DNA of 62,619 bases, the filler included, from Sphacelaria rigidula (lineage: Eukaryota), in NCBI GenBank assembly GCA_964200075.2. It is 11 parts of 11 records of this genome, joined end to end, with 100 filler letters (N's around TTAATTAATTAA, not from the genome) between each part and the next. Parts side by side here need not be neighbours in the genome. Positions count along the whole stretch, not along the records: positions 45,617 to 51,217 come from CAXNAA020025962.1; positions 51,318 to 56,918 come from CAXNAA020025963.1; positions 57,019 to 62,619 come from CAXNAA020025964.1; 8 more parts are not named here. One strand, 5' to 3'. A program made the translations under genes and the position numbers. Each line of letters begins with the position of its first letter. The stretch's first letter is position 1. Below are positions 49,931-62,619 of this stretch, one piece after another. The notes below the pieces were generated by a model, which made no database searches, was not told where the DNA came from, and saw only the letters and a program-made list of their open reading frames with translations.

Positions 49931-50878
49931 ATGCGCCTTTTGGTACCCCTGTGGTCACCGGGGCTGTGTTGCGTATACCCTGGGCAGTACAATATGTTCC
50001 AATATGATACCAATACTTTCTACTGGAGCCAGCGCAAATATTGTCCTTTCAATATATATTGTGTTGAGATGTCCTCGGAGACATTGAAGCAACAACATAT
50101 ATTGCTCGTGTCATGATCATGAAGTAATGTATGACAATATATATTGGACGTTCATTTGCTTCGGGAATAAAACTTTCAGTATATATTGTGCATGCCGGTC
50201 GTGTATGTATTGAAGTGTCAATATATATTGAGTCGAAGCGATGCGTAGCATATTGTTGCCATCATATATATTGAACGCAAACCATGCAAAAGTATTGTTT
50301 TTCCAATACATATTTCGCACACCCATCGCATAGCTATTGTGCAGCCAATATATATTGAACACGCTTGCGGAGGAATATATTGAGCATTTTCGGCATGTGG
50401 GGATACATCTTTGAATGGCGCCCGCGAACATAGATCTGCCCACCATACTAATTCCAATACACTTTCCAATCTACATGTTGAAATCAAAATATATTGTTAC
50501 ACCAATATGTATTGCGACCGTCGGTTCCCTCGTATATTGTTCGCCCAATATATATTGGACGCATTGACCGAGGACATATCGGGGCGGCAATATATATTGG
50601 CGCTTCGGGTGTTGAGTATATTGAATCATCAATATATATATTGACCTCGTCTGGCAGCCAGTATATTACTCGACAAATATATATTGGGGCCTTCTCGCAC
50701 GAACTTATTATTCGGCCAATAATATTGAGGTGGCACGTGTCGTGATATATTGTTCGGTCGATATGTATTGCATGTTGCGAGCCTTGACATATTGATGGCA
50801 CAATATATGTTGACCCTCTCTTGTGCCATCATATTGCTCGCCCAATATATATTGACCACCCGACGCGTCGGCATATTA
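49931..50878. mobile_element. second copy of the ATATATTG-rich TIR element, with the same ~45-bp left flank
   Basis: Colinear with 28764-29700. Confidence 0.85.
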
Positions 50879-51361
50879 GAGAGTTTCGGAAACACAAATG
50901 AAAACTCAGCGATGAGGAAAAACTCAGGGATTGTTAAGAAAGTTGGGATTTAAGGCCAGGATATGACGAATTCCCCTAGGTAAACCCCGAAAACTGAACC
51001 CTGAGAAGAAACATGCGCAGCAACTCAGGATTATTTTTTATTAAATATAACAAACCCTGAGTTGCTAGACACCCCAAAGCTTTGGTGCCAAACTCAGGGC
51101 TATGAAACGGAACTAGACACCCTGCCCCATAACGACCAAGGTTACAGAACACAGTCGTAGGACAAATATCATAAGTGAGGCGGTGGCGGATGTCGTGAAC
51201 GCCCGCGACAGCACTGGNNNNNNNNNNNNNNNNNNNNNNNNNNNNNNNNNNNNNNNNNNNNTTAATTAATTAANNNNNNNNNNNNNNNNNNNNNNNNNNN
51301 NNNNNNNNNNNNNNNNNGCCAGGGGAGCCCGGCGGGGTGGAGGGGGGGGCGGGGGGGGGGC

Positions 51362-51392
<31 letters not shown>

Positions 51393-51436
51393 CCGTATCG
51401 CCCCTTTTCGAAACGATCAAGTATTGACCCCTTCAC

Positions 51437-51647
51437 CTGATGGCTGTCGGGCTTGAAACGGCGGAACAACACACCAAGTGCGCCGCCCGCGGCCGCCCTA
51501 ACGTTGACGTCGGGGTCTCTCAGTGCATCCATCACGCGGGAAGTGAAGAGGTCCTTGACCGGGCCTCCGGGATTGGCGTCGAACAGAGCGTGTGCAGCCG
51601 AGAGGTGTACCGCCCGAACCAGTCGGCTGAGCATCAGCGAGTGCGCT
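51437..51647 (-). CDS. single exon of a HEAT/ARM-repeat protein
   Basis: ...VMDALRDPDVNVRAAAGGALGVLF...SHQ|GTGAAG fits the HEAT consensus L.D....VR..A..ALG. The acceptor position is less certain. Confidence 0.65.
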
Positions 51648-52019
51648 CTTTGTTGTAGTTCAGCCCATGTTAATTCCACACAAACAAACAAAAAAAAGCG
51701 GGAAACGAACAAGCGGGAATCGGAAAGAAAAAACAAAGGTCATTCGGATTCGTGAACTGGAGAAACGGGGCGGATTGTATTTAGCAAGTTTCAGAACCGC
51801 AAAGGACCCGATGCTAGGCCTACCAATAATTCAGAGCGAACGAGTACATATATATATATACACATAATATGTCCAACTACGATTGCGTGTGAACGCTCCC
51901 GTGCAAGCGGGACAATTAGACCTACGGTTAAAGCAGTACACTTAACAAATCCCTTCAGCTTCACGTGACCCTGCGACATTTTTCTTTTTCGAAAGCTTGA
52001 TGANNNNNNNNNNTGAGAT

Positions 52020-53400
52020 AGTGCAATGTTTTCCCATCACCATTCACTTCCGACGAGGGCGAGATTCGGCCTTCGACCCAAGCAGTCAGTGCCTGAAAGT
52101 ATGCGCGTAATAGGCAATGCGCGGAGCCCTGATGGTTGATCTGACACTTTGATTCTGAAAAACGGAAATTTGATTCTGAAAAACGGAAATTTCAACTATA
52201 CATGAATACACGCCATGAGCACAGGTGACACCAGACTGCAGAACGCAAGAAGAGCGGGCTAGAGTTTGCTTTGAACGAGGTTGCTGTATATGTGTGGCCG
52301 TATTGCGCAAAGCACATAATAACATAAGGTTGGTCAGGTTGTGCAATGATTTCCCATCACCGTTCATCCTAGACGAGGACAAGATTCCACGTTGACACAA
52401 GTATATGTGCAACACAGTCACGTTGAAGCGGTAACGCGATTAGTTTTCCCTTCAGCGTAGGCGTACAATCAGTGAGAGCGTAAGCAAGAGCATTAAAAAA
52501 ATGCAGCTTACCGGCCGGCGCTTTTTTCGCAGACCTTTTTTTGCTTCGACTTCAATCAACAACATAGACACTGTAGTTGTTGTTACCTGTTTGCAGCCAT
52601 CCGTGCGGCGCTTTTTTCGTCGGCCTTCCTGTGTTCCTTAGATTCGATTTCCCGGGGTTCGGGGTTCGGTAAATTTCAACAGCCGATTTCCCGCGGTTCG
52701 GTGAATTTTGGAGCAGAAATTTATTGCCTCTGTCCTGGCCGTCTATTTTTCGGTAAATTGGGCTGGTGGTCCTGACGTTTTGATTCTGAAAACAGAAACT
52801 TGAATCTTACATGCATACACGACCAAAACGCAAAAAAAGTGTGGATTTTTCCTCCAGGCCAGAGTTTTCTTTGGGCCATATGTGGCTGTTTATGTGCAAC
52901 ACACTCAAGTTGAAGCGGTAACGCGATTAGTTTCCCTTACAGCGTAGGCGTCCAATCAGTGAGAGCGTAAGCAACAACAACAACAACAACAACACAAACG
53001 CTTCGATCTCTCGGAGTTCGGTGAATCTTTGACTCGCGGTTCTATCGTTTTCATGTCCCTTTCTCGGTTGTCTATTATTTGGCAATTGCAGCCTTTATTG
53101 ACATGACCAACACATGACGTTCAAACGGTAACGCGATTATATTTCATTACACCATACGCGTCTGACTCGTGTAAGCGCGACATACGCGTGCGTAATATCA
53201 ATATGATTTCAATCAACAACAATCATAGGCGCTGTGGTTGTTGTCGCCTGTTTGCAACCTTCCGTAGGGCGCTTTTTTCGTCGGCCTTTCTGCGTTCCTT
53301 AGATTCGATTTCCCGGGCTTCGGAGTTCGGTGAATTTTGGAGCAAAATTTTAGTGTCCCTGTCCTGGCCGTCTATTTGATGGTAAATTGCGGGCCATGCT
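52020..53400. repeat. complex degenerate tandem repeat
   Basis: Recurring blocks CGGTAACGCGATTA (52428, 52917, 53126), TTCGGTGAATTTT, TTTGATTCTGAAAA and GTCCTGGCCGTCTATT. Confidence 0.75.
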
Positions 53401-55746
53401 TGAGGTATATGCAAGGTTCGATGAATTCCAGAACGGGGATTTTTTTGTCTTTTTCCGCCAGGCTATCCCTGGCTTGGGTAAATTTTAGAACATGTATACA
53501 TTTTGCGTTTTGCGTTGTTCCAACGTATTTTTTCGTCACAGTGTTCCGTTTGAAAAGGTGAATAAATTGCGCGAACGAACGGGTCAAACATTACGCGTAC
53601 GCGTGCGCGTGTGCTCTCCCCGTCCTTCAGACAAAAATCGTGGGAAAAAACGAAAGGCTCACGCCGATTACGTCCTTTACTTCTCAAGGACGCACTTCCG
53701 ACAACAGAAAGAATAGTCAACGCCAACCTTCACCTTCTGTTTATCAACACGTGTCTCCTTCGGTAGTACCCGCTTTCCGTTCCGGTCAACTCCCACGACC
53801 TTCTGCTGTGTCTTGCTTTCAGTCTTCATTATTCACCATAGTGCGCAAGAGTTTATGCTCAGCAGTAATGTCTATGTTTTTCTTAGAGCTATTCGTAGAT
53901 GTGCTGAGATGTTGCCAGAGTCAATAGACGTCCTCGGTTGAGGTTTCTTCGTACATTGTCGTTGTACAATCGGAGGTTGATACGCTTGTGTTGAGGGATA
54001 TTTCGACTTGCAGGTTGTACACAAATACATCGCTTCTTCGTAATGAAGATACATACTGGAGGAGCGACACCGGTTGTTTCGCAAAGGTTTCCTGGTGTGC
54101 CTCTACTTTTCTGTCTTGACTTTGTGCATTTGTTGGCAAGCAGTTTTTTTTTACGATAAACGTGTTCCCCTCACACCATGCCCAACAGTGGAGGGCGACT
54201 ATGTCGTGGGTACACAAAATCGACTTAACGGTCGACGAGGGAAAGGGACTGCTGAACCCCTCTCGCGATAAAGAATAAAGGCAAGCACCCCAGAAGGAAG
54301 GTGGGGAACTAAAAACAAATAAAAAAAGGAACAAGCTCCTATGTTGACCGTCCTCCCGTGTGACCGCGGCAGGTGCACCCACATATATATATATATATAT
54401 ACCGAAAGGTGTAGACCGGCGTCCAGAATAGAAGGGACGACAACACGCACATCAGACGTTTTTCTCGCGGGGGGTATTCGTCCATGTAGTCCGTCGTGAC
54501 CACGGTATATGAAGTCGCGTCCTTTTCGCCTACTCAAGTACTATATCTTTCTTCGTGAAATAAGAGTGTCGAAAGTTGTACAGGTCTATGCTGGAGCGAA
54601 TTTCAACCAACAGTTGTACATGGAGATGTTGCTCTTTCGTAAGCAAAATATCAACTTCTGAGCAAACTCCTACTTTTGGAGAACGAATCCACTTTTTTCT
54701 CCATGTTTCAGCTTTAAAAAAAAGTCAGAACGCATTGTCTGTGACACATTCGGATCTTCCGCGTCCTTCACAATTTTAATACGTGGAACAAAATTCAGTG
54801 TGTTTCGTCCACCATTCCGCGCTCTCAACGTTCGCGTTCCCTAATACCTATCATGCCACACCCACGCCAGATCTTCTTCCCTCAAATCATCACATATAGC
54901 ACAGTTTCATCACTGATACACACGTCAAATCTCTGGCTCAACCCCTTGGTAAAAGCCATCACCTTTACCATCTCCCAATTCAAATTAATTCCGTTCCACG
55001 CCTTTCGTGGAGGACGGGGCTGCCTATAGCCTTGAATATATATATAAGGCAATTTTTCCTTGGCGCGCACTGTTGTCGATGGTTGTAAGGCCGGGTTGTG
55101 TTGCGCTATTGTTTCGGTGACTGCTTCCCCTCAAAGTCGGGCACGAAATCGGGTCGATATATAAAAGCGCGCGGTTTCAACACTTCATGCGACGAGTGCT
55201 TACTCATGCGATCGCGGATACAGTACACTTGGTTCTTCGTTGACTGTCACCCAGAAGAGAGAGTGAACGGTGTCACTGCCGTGTTGGGACTGATGCTCCG
55301 TGCCGCTGTCGATTCTTGTGGTTTAAGCGCACTAATGTTGTGTGAGAGGCAGGGCTACGCTGTACGTACGTACGTATCAACTTGAAGGAATAATAGAACG
55401 CAATATAATGATTGCATTATACAGTTACTAATACAAAAAAAGACGTGTGTTTGTTGTCACCCCTATTTGGATTTGCAAGTATGCTTGTGCCTATTTTTCG
55501 TCCATCGAGTATAAACGTGTGCATCCCGTATTATTCTATTGACTGACTCGGGTGAGTCATCAACTTAATCAGGTGTGCTGCTAGCAGTTCACAATCGTAC
55601 TGCTGCGATTTGGGCCGAATCGAAGCGCTGACCCATCAATTCAGGCAAAACGGATGTAAAGCCGTTTTTCTTGTACCGGGTCCACTACCGTTATCACACA
55701 TATCCGACGGAGGAAAAAAGGGGGGAAAGGAGAGACTGGTCTGGGG

Positions 55747-55797
<51 letters not shown>

Positions 55798-58359
55798 GGG
55801 GTGGTCTATATTATTTTCGAGTTTCAGAACGTTCAGGGCGATCGTATTCTGCAGATACCATTTTTGCTCCTGCGCATTAGTCCGGATATCTCGAGCCCAT
55901 GGTCATCGACGTAGGTTCGCCTTTCCAGTACCGTCACTGCTACTCCTTACATGAGATTGAGCGGCCAGGGCTTTTTCTGAGACTCCGAAAACATACAAAA
56001 TATCACAAAATAAACAGTAAGAGAGATATATCCCCATGGAAATCTGCGAATGGAAAGTACAGGCTAGTTCACAGCTTTGACCTGAAAACCACCATTCAGC
56101 AAATACCTTTAGCAATACCCACGCAATACTCCCATACATGAAATCATACTGACCGCCATGGACAACTGAAGAGCGTGACCTAGCCGGATTTTCGTTCGAG
56201 GCCATGGGGGTGGCGCTGAGGGCCAAATGGCGCCTCGATCAATCAGCGAGCATCCTTCAGATTGTTCAGAAACTGAGAATACGAATTCCCAACCCAATAT
56301 CCACCCAATATCCACATACTTTGAATCGTAGCAGCCATCACCTCGGGAAATTGACGGAAATAATGATAATAATCAGTCGAAATGAGATCAAATTATAACC
56401 AAAACAGTGGTATTTCGGTGATTAAGGGTTTTTGGGGTCTTCAGATTTCCACTGATGATATACAACAAAGATCCAGACACCGTCATGACGCTTTCACTTA
56501 TATTTGTAGTAAGAACGCTTCCAACCGCCTTCGTATTTGGTACTCCAGTCGATATGAATGCTCCAAATAATAAACATATATCTATATACTTCTGAAAAAC
56601 ACTTCTTTTTTGAAAATCCGCTTTTCAACGGCTCCCGGGGTTCCCGGCGGGAAAAACCACCAGAAGTCGGTAAAAAAATGCCTCAAAAACAAAAGTACGC
56701 GTCGTAGGGCAGTCAGTCCAAGGAATATTTATACAAAATTTTGTATCATTACTCGGAAAAATGATTCTAAAGAGGTATCTCCTCCAACGAAACCAAGTAT
56801 TTGGGAATTTGTACCTTTCGAGCAAATTTTCACGCCTATTTTTCGAGTTAGACTCTGAGACTTTGCACACATATTCTACGAAGCATTACGAAACTTTCGA
56901 AGGACCGTGTTATTTGGGNNNNNNNNNNNNNNNNNNNNNNNNNNNNNNNNNNNNNNNNNNNNTTAATTAATTAANNNNNNNNNNNNNNNNNNNNNNNNNN
57001 NNNNNNNNNNNNNNNNNNAAATACACATTGTATAAAAAAAAAAAAATTTAACACCCTAGGGCAGAAAAAAAAAAAAAAAAAAAAAGAAGAGTATCATGTA
57101 AAAGAAAAGAGGTAAAAAATGTGAAAAAAAAAAAGAAGAGAGGAGGAGTACAAGAACTATAAAAAATGATAAAAATATTTTTGAAAAGAAAAGAAAAAGG
57201 AATAAATGAGTAAATAGATGACAAATGACAAAATAAATGAATAAAATACATGAATACATGAAAAATACAGACGGTCATGCACCTTCCAGGGAGCTGGTTC
57301 CGCTTTCTCCTGGCGCTGCGGTTAGACGGCTTCGAATACCCTCTCCCACCAGGATCACGAACATCGGAAGAACGTTCCGCTTCTCGATCTTCTTCCGGCC
57401 TACGAGAACCGTTCGGCGCACCGGGTCCCGAGTCCGGATCTCGGAACAGATGGAACAGCCCACGGGACGAAGCGAACCAGTACCTGGCGGGAACGCGGGG
57501 ATGGAGCGAAATATATATTTATAACAAGGGGTTCGGCGGCTTCCGCCGCCACGCTCAGTGACATCGACAGCCAATGTACATGAGAACCGGTCATCGTAGC
57601 TCGCCTTGCGTAACGGCAAAGGTCATAGTTTCAAGTGGAGTATTTTCTGCTGTGTGTGTACGAGCAGCGCCAGCCTAGAAACGGATTTAGGATCTCAAAG
57701 CAATATCTCATCGACTAAAAATCATATGAAACCCCAATCGATGCAATCAGCGGATGGCAACGATTTTCAGTCTGGACATTCCCTGGAGCACTGGGAGACG
57801 ATATATATCCTCACGTTCACCTAATTCGTCATTTATCTCGAGATATGGCGCACATAAGGCTCCATACTAAAGTCGATATCGCGTCTCAGTTTCCAAGAGT
57901 TGTGCTATGAAATTTCATATGGAGAGCCGCTAGTGCATAATGAAGCTGAAAAAACAGCTCCTTCATTCAATATTTTCTTCATTTATTTTGGGTTTTTAGG
58001 GCAGTTTTGAGGAGAAATGAAAACTGCTCTCCGGCCTCATCTCAATTTTTAGCTCAATTGTTAGAATGGTAATTTGAAACTCAGCATGAAGGACCGCAGA
58101 AGTATGCTGAATGAAAAAAAAATTCGCCTTCGTTTTTTTGGAGGGGAAAGGTTCGGACGTCCTCGTAAAAAGATGGTCGTTCCTACACTAAAACGCCCCA
58201 CTAAACCAGTGAAAAATAAATACCAACCTGATCCATTTCTTTGGTTCATTATCCCCTAGCGAGGTCCCACACAAAGTTTCGATACACAAACACCAAACGT
58301 AGGCCGGTAAGTAGCCTGCAAAATACTGTTCCGAATTTCCACCGACCCCAATACTAAAT

Positions 58360-58627
58360 CGCTCATTCGTCGACCAATATTTTGAGTTGGCCCCTGAAAT
58401 TTGGTATGGACAATGCATAGGGCACATGAAAAACATTGCGCATGTATCCTAATATTTTTTTCTTCTAATGAGTTAAGGGCAATAATCAGTTTTCAGGTAA
58501 CGGTAAAATGCCCTCAAATCCTGAGAAAAAGAAAAATGGGTACATCGTAACTTTTTTTATTGTGCCCCGTTCATTGTCCATACCAAATTTCAGGGTCCAA
58601 CTCGAAATATTGGCCGACGAATGGGCG
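58360..58627. repeat. ~75-bp inverted repeat (fold-back or MITE)
   Basis: CGCTCATTCGTCGACCAATAT...GAAATTTGGTATGGACAATG vs CATTGTCCATACCAAATTTC...ATATTGGCCGACGAATGGGCG. Confidence 0.8.
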
Positions 58628-58712
58628 TGCAAACTACAAATCCGCCTCTAGGCTGGACCAGGTTGTATGGTGACAGATGTCCCGGGAGCAGGATATGAAG
58701 AAGAGGTTTATA

Positions 58713-58926
58713 AGAGGTATCTCAAACTCGGCTCCCGGTATCATGGTTTATTCCCTGGCTCTGGGTTGTTGTGTACTATTCTTCAAAGTGAAAGTGATCG
58801 CGGTTCGTGAGAGGACCTGACCTGGCGGTCAAAGGGTCACATCATCTGATGAATCGGCATCACTTTCACTTGAAAAAATAGAACAAAACAAACTAGGATA
58901 CCGGGAGCCGAGTTTGAGATACCTCT
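58713..58926. mobile_element. MITE with long TIRs
   Basis: AGAGGTATCTCAAACTCGGCTCCCGGTATC...GATACCGGGAGCCGAGTTTGAGATACCTCT. Confidence 0.85.
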
Positions 58927-60216
58927 ATTGATGTATAATCGCACCTGCAGGATGGGTAACGACAACCTCCACCGTCGAAGAAAACACACGGAGACACGCG
59001 TTCACGTTCTCCACACACAGCAACGAATAGGAAACATCGAACACCGTCGACGAACACACACCCGGGGACACTCGTACCATTAGATAAAATACCATTGCGC
59101 CGCCCGATTACCCGATGACACAAAGACTTGTGACGGACACACACCAGTGTTCGCAACCATGGGTCCAGCACTATTTCACCGCAAAAACGCCCGTAACCGC
59201 AGTGACTATCGACGTTTTCAATCCCACGTCACAATAAGCAGGCAACACCCGCAACGTGATGGATACATATTTGAGAAACAGAGCATGTAATGTACACAAT
59301 CGACGAACAACTAACAGTAGGGACCACGGAAAGCAGTGTAAAAAATGTTTTGCAAGTTGAGAAACGACCCGAGAAATATGTTCGGGAAAAACATGATAGA
59401 AAGTGGCATCGGAAACTTCGCGGCTCATGATAAAAAGTGTCCGGCGTGGAGGAACGACCCGAACTCTACGGCTCGTGATGGAAAGTGTTTTGACGAAAAC
59501 ACAGCAAACGGATATGTTCGAGAGAATGATGAAAGATGGTATCGGAAACTTTGCGGCTGCTACAGCACGGAAAAAAAAGGATCATGAAGAGACGACGATG
59601 ACTTGCGCGCGAATCGGTAATGAGAGCAAAAGTGGCATCGGAAACTTCGCCGGTGATAATTGCGTGCTATGATAGCACAGGCATTCTGTTCTGTACACTG
59701 GGAGAGTTCGCGACTCATGCTCGCCGTCATCTAAAAGCAAGTGAAAAAAGTACACCTGTCTCAGAGCTTCTGGCAACGATTCTGACAGAAAACGTACAAA
59801 ACGGCGGAGCGATTAAAAGGCCTGTGGGGGTCTACCGCCACGCCGAGGAAAAATGGCGGAATACACCATGCACAACACTGCCGGGGAAGCGATGCTCCCG
59901 AATCCTCCGGAAGGGGAATCATGTGATGCTGCCTTGAAATGTAGTGCTGCCTTGTCAGAGCTCGAAAGAACGAAATGACCCCGTTTCACTGTACTCTGAA
60001 ATCAAATAAAAGCAAATGCTGGCGTCTCCGAGCTTCTGGAAACGACGGAATGACTCCGTTTCGCTGTACTCTAAAATCAAGTGAGAAAGTGCACCTGCGT
60101 CCAAGTCTCTTCAACGGCGAAAAAAATAAAATGGATATTTGTTTTATATATTCAAGGCTAACCTTCGGGAGGTTGGTACGGGACTCCCGGGGGTGACGAA
60201 AGTCGAAAATAAATGG

Positions 60217-60849
60217 TCAAGAGAGGCGGGTGTATCTCAATGTAAAGTAGTGATCGTGGCTGTACAGAACATCGAATGTGTTATCGGATGGTGGCTCCGG
60301 ATAAGGTTCACCTACTACAGTAACACAGATGGAAAGGCTGTATAATTGTCGGGCGGCAAAAATGCCGATATGTGTGGTATATGCGTATGGATGCGACATG
60401 AGCTGAAGGTAATGTTGAACGCTATTGTACTTTTGGTCGAGACAACCAGCAGTCCGTATCTGTTCGAAATCAGTTCCAGGCGAGATTGAAGCGTGCCGTG
60501 CCATTCCCCCAGAATCTGGAATTGGTTCGTGAAGGTGTTCGGAAATGTGTTGGATAAGTTGCATTCTCACTAATGTGTGCGCATTTGGGTCGTTGAAAAC
60601 TCGTCGGGCAATACATCGTAGCAAGCAAGCTCCGTCTCCAAATTCATTGACTAATTCCCAACTTCCTGGCGAATGTTGTTGGTCATCGTAATCATCGTTG
60701 TCGTCATTGTGGCCGCAACGGCCGCTGTGGCCGTCACCGTTGTTGGAGCCTGCGTCATCGCTATCTCCATCACCACCACCACCATTTTTGTCGCCTGAAG
60801 CAGTCCGGTTGTTACTATGACCGCGACGAGGCAACGCAATATCAAACAC
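60217..60849 (-). CDS. intronless OTU-like cysteine protease (deubiquitinase) ORF, possibly TE-derived
   Basis: WELVNEFGDGACLLRCIA (Cys box), H...VR, YL..M and VLYSHDHY (His box), preceded by an Asp/Gly low-complexity stretch. Confidence 0.75.
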   Translation of the reverse strand: MFDIALPRRGHSNNRTASGDKNGGGGDGDSDDAGSNNGDGHSGRCGHNDDNDDYDDQQHSPGSWELVNEFGDGACLLRCIARRVFNDPNAHTLVRMQLIQHISEHLHEPIPDSGGMARHASISPGTDFEQIRTAGCLDQKYNSVQHYLQLMSHPYAYTTHIGIFAARQLYSLSICVTVVGEPYPEPPSDNTFDVLYSHDHYFTLRYTRLS

Positions 60850-61027
60850 TGGAGGAGGTTGCCCTGTGGGCCGGCGTAGGGCATGTGTGGTATTCCCGAG
60901 GTACCGGCATGTTGTAAAAGAAAAAAAAGTAGAAAGGTCATTACCCAGGGCAGCTATTTTAGATGGATACTACTCAGCGCGTATGGGTGTTATTATGCGT
61001 CACGTACTATCGTGAATAATGACCCAC

Positions 61028-61182
61028 CTCAAAGGCACCGGGCGAAAGTCACTGACGACCAGCGCGGAGGGTCCGTGCGTGTGCTGTATCCACTTCCTTA
61101 TCTCGCCCACATTGCTCATGGTGGCGGACAATGCCACCATCAGTACTGTCTTGGGGCAGTGAATCACAGATTCCTCCCAAAC
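61028..61182 (-). CDS. single exon of a Ski2-family DExH RNA helicase (ISE2/HelY-like), motif III region
   Basis: CAG|VWEESVIHCPKTVLMVALSATMSNVGEIRKWIQHTHGPSALVVSDFRPVPL|GTGGG; WEE, LSAT..N and RPVPL are Ski2-family hallmarks. Confidence 0.9.
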
Positions 61183-61233
61183 CTGTACACAGCACAATAT
61201 CCGAGATTTTTCACGTTCAGGAGCACAACAACG

Positions 61234-61277
<44 letters not shown>

Positions 61278-61597
61278 GTTATCCCATTCATTTTGGACGC
61301 CAATAAACTCGAAAGACCGGTCGCCCCCGTGCTCAGTTGGTATTCTCGACACCTTCTGACAGTTGGGATATGGTTTCTAATCTTGGTGAAGTCGCACGAC
61401 CTGGAAGGTTAATTTCTTACATCATGCCCAACGGTAAAGAGCGACTATATCGTGGGTACACAAGGTTCAACTTCACGCTACGAGGGAAAGGGACCCCTAA
61501 ACCGCAAGCACTGCAGAAGGTGAAGAAAGGCGCAGTGTTGAAAAAAAGAAGACAAGATATGAAGAAAACAAAATACCTGTATTGATGTTTTCCCTGT

Positions 61598-61720
61598 GTG
61601 ACCCCGGCTGATGCTTCCACATATAATATGCCGAAAGGTCTAGAGAGGCGTCTAGAAGTGATGGTACAACAATACAGTCTACACAGTTCGATATACGTGG
61701 GCGCATCAGCCGCGGTCACA
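61598..61720. mobile_element. ~125-bp MITE; related copy at ~54359-54460
   Basis: GTGACCCCGGCTGATGCTTCCACATATA...TATACGTGGGCGCATCAGCCGCGGTCAC. Confidence 0.65.
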
Positions 61721-62619
61721 TGAGAGGAAGGTCAACACTGCAGATTTTATTTGTCATTTTTTTCTAGTGCTCCAACTCCCTCCTGCGGTGCTTGCCCTTC
61801 TTTTTATCGCCAAAAAGGTATAGCGATCCCCTTCCTTCGTCGATCATGAAGTCTGTCCTTTGTTCACTCACGACGTAGTCTTTCTCTCAAATGTTGGGCA
61901 TGACCTGAGTAAAATCCCAGATCGTGTGAATTCACCAATATATTCAAACCCACGTCCCGACCGTCACAGGGTTTAGAGGTTGCAACTAAGCCACCGGAGC
62001 AACCGGCGTGACCAAATCATAATCATCATCAGTATCATTACTATTGATAGCACGTCGCGATCACCGGGGATATAAATATATATATATATATATATGTGCG
62101 TATAAATATATATATATATGTGGTTCCAAATCAAATAAGGGAGAAGGTGCAATACTGTAATTATTCGTATGTGACGGGCACAGAAAAAAAGGGTAGTGCA
62201 GTATTCCCTCATCAAGCAGCACACGCAAAAATTATTCATCAAGAGGTGGAGAGCAACAACGTCCATGAACAAAAAATACAACGAGGTGTTCAGGGTTGAA
62301 GCCAAGACTCGTGTACGGAAGGTAGGCAACCAGGATGTCGTTTTTTGTTGCGCGCTCACGTTTTTTTGCGGTAGCCATGATGGTAGTCAAACTAGATCAT
62401 ATTGTGCGGCGTGGAAGAACCTCAACTCCGCACAATGGAGATGATCGTACTACGTGGTGTTTAAATGGTGAGGCACCCATGAGGCAATGTATAAGCTGTG
62501 GCTGTCTCAGGCAGTGGCGATACGAGAAAATAAAGCAACTCATTGGAGGTTAAAACACGCCACTCACCGCGGAAGCTAGGCGACCAGGTTACTGTTTTTC
62601 TTTTTGCGCGCTTGCGTTT

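Noticed and set aside
52020..53400. Recurrent blocks read as a CRISPR-like array
   Set aside because: Units are long, degenerate and irregular, with homologous spacers and no cas genes, in a eukaryotic context.

Overview
This is eukaryotic, intron-rich, repeat-dense DNA, most likely from a brown alga (inferred from long introns, a TTAGGG repeat and the TE types). It is not one locus. It is 11 unrelated contigs sorted by length (5603, 5602 x6, 5601 x4 bp) and joined by 100-bp N spacers carrying TTAATTAATTAA. Host gene fragments: six exons of a CAX Ca2+/H+ exchanger; two exons of a probable extracellular Cys-rich protein; four tandemly duplicated symmetric exons encoding a basic Lys/Ala/Ser/Pro-rich repeat; the last three exons of a coiled-coil protein resembling plant CUE-domain proteins; and single exons of a CRTISO-like oxidoreductase, a HEAT-repeat protein and a Ski2/ISE2-like DExH helicase. 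Mobile DNA: the 5' half of a Ty1/copia element, an internally deleted chromovirus-type Ty3/gypsy element with both LTRs, two decayed LINEs and many MITEs. The most notable observations are the four-exon repeat array, a TA-targeting MITE carrying telomeric repeats, three roughly 250-bp MITE families with 4-bp target duplications that nest in each other, and an intronless OTU protease ORF just downstream of the helicase exon. No CRISPR, rRNA or tRNA genes were seen.
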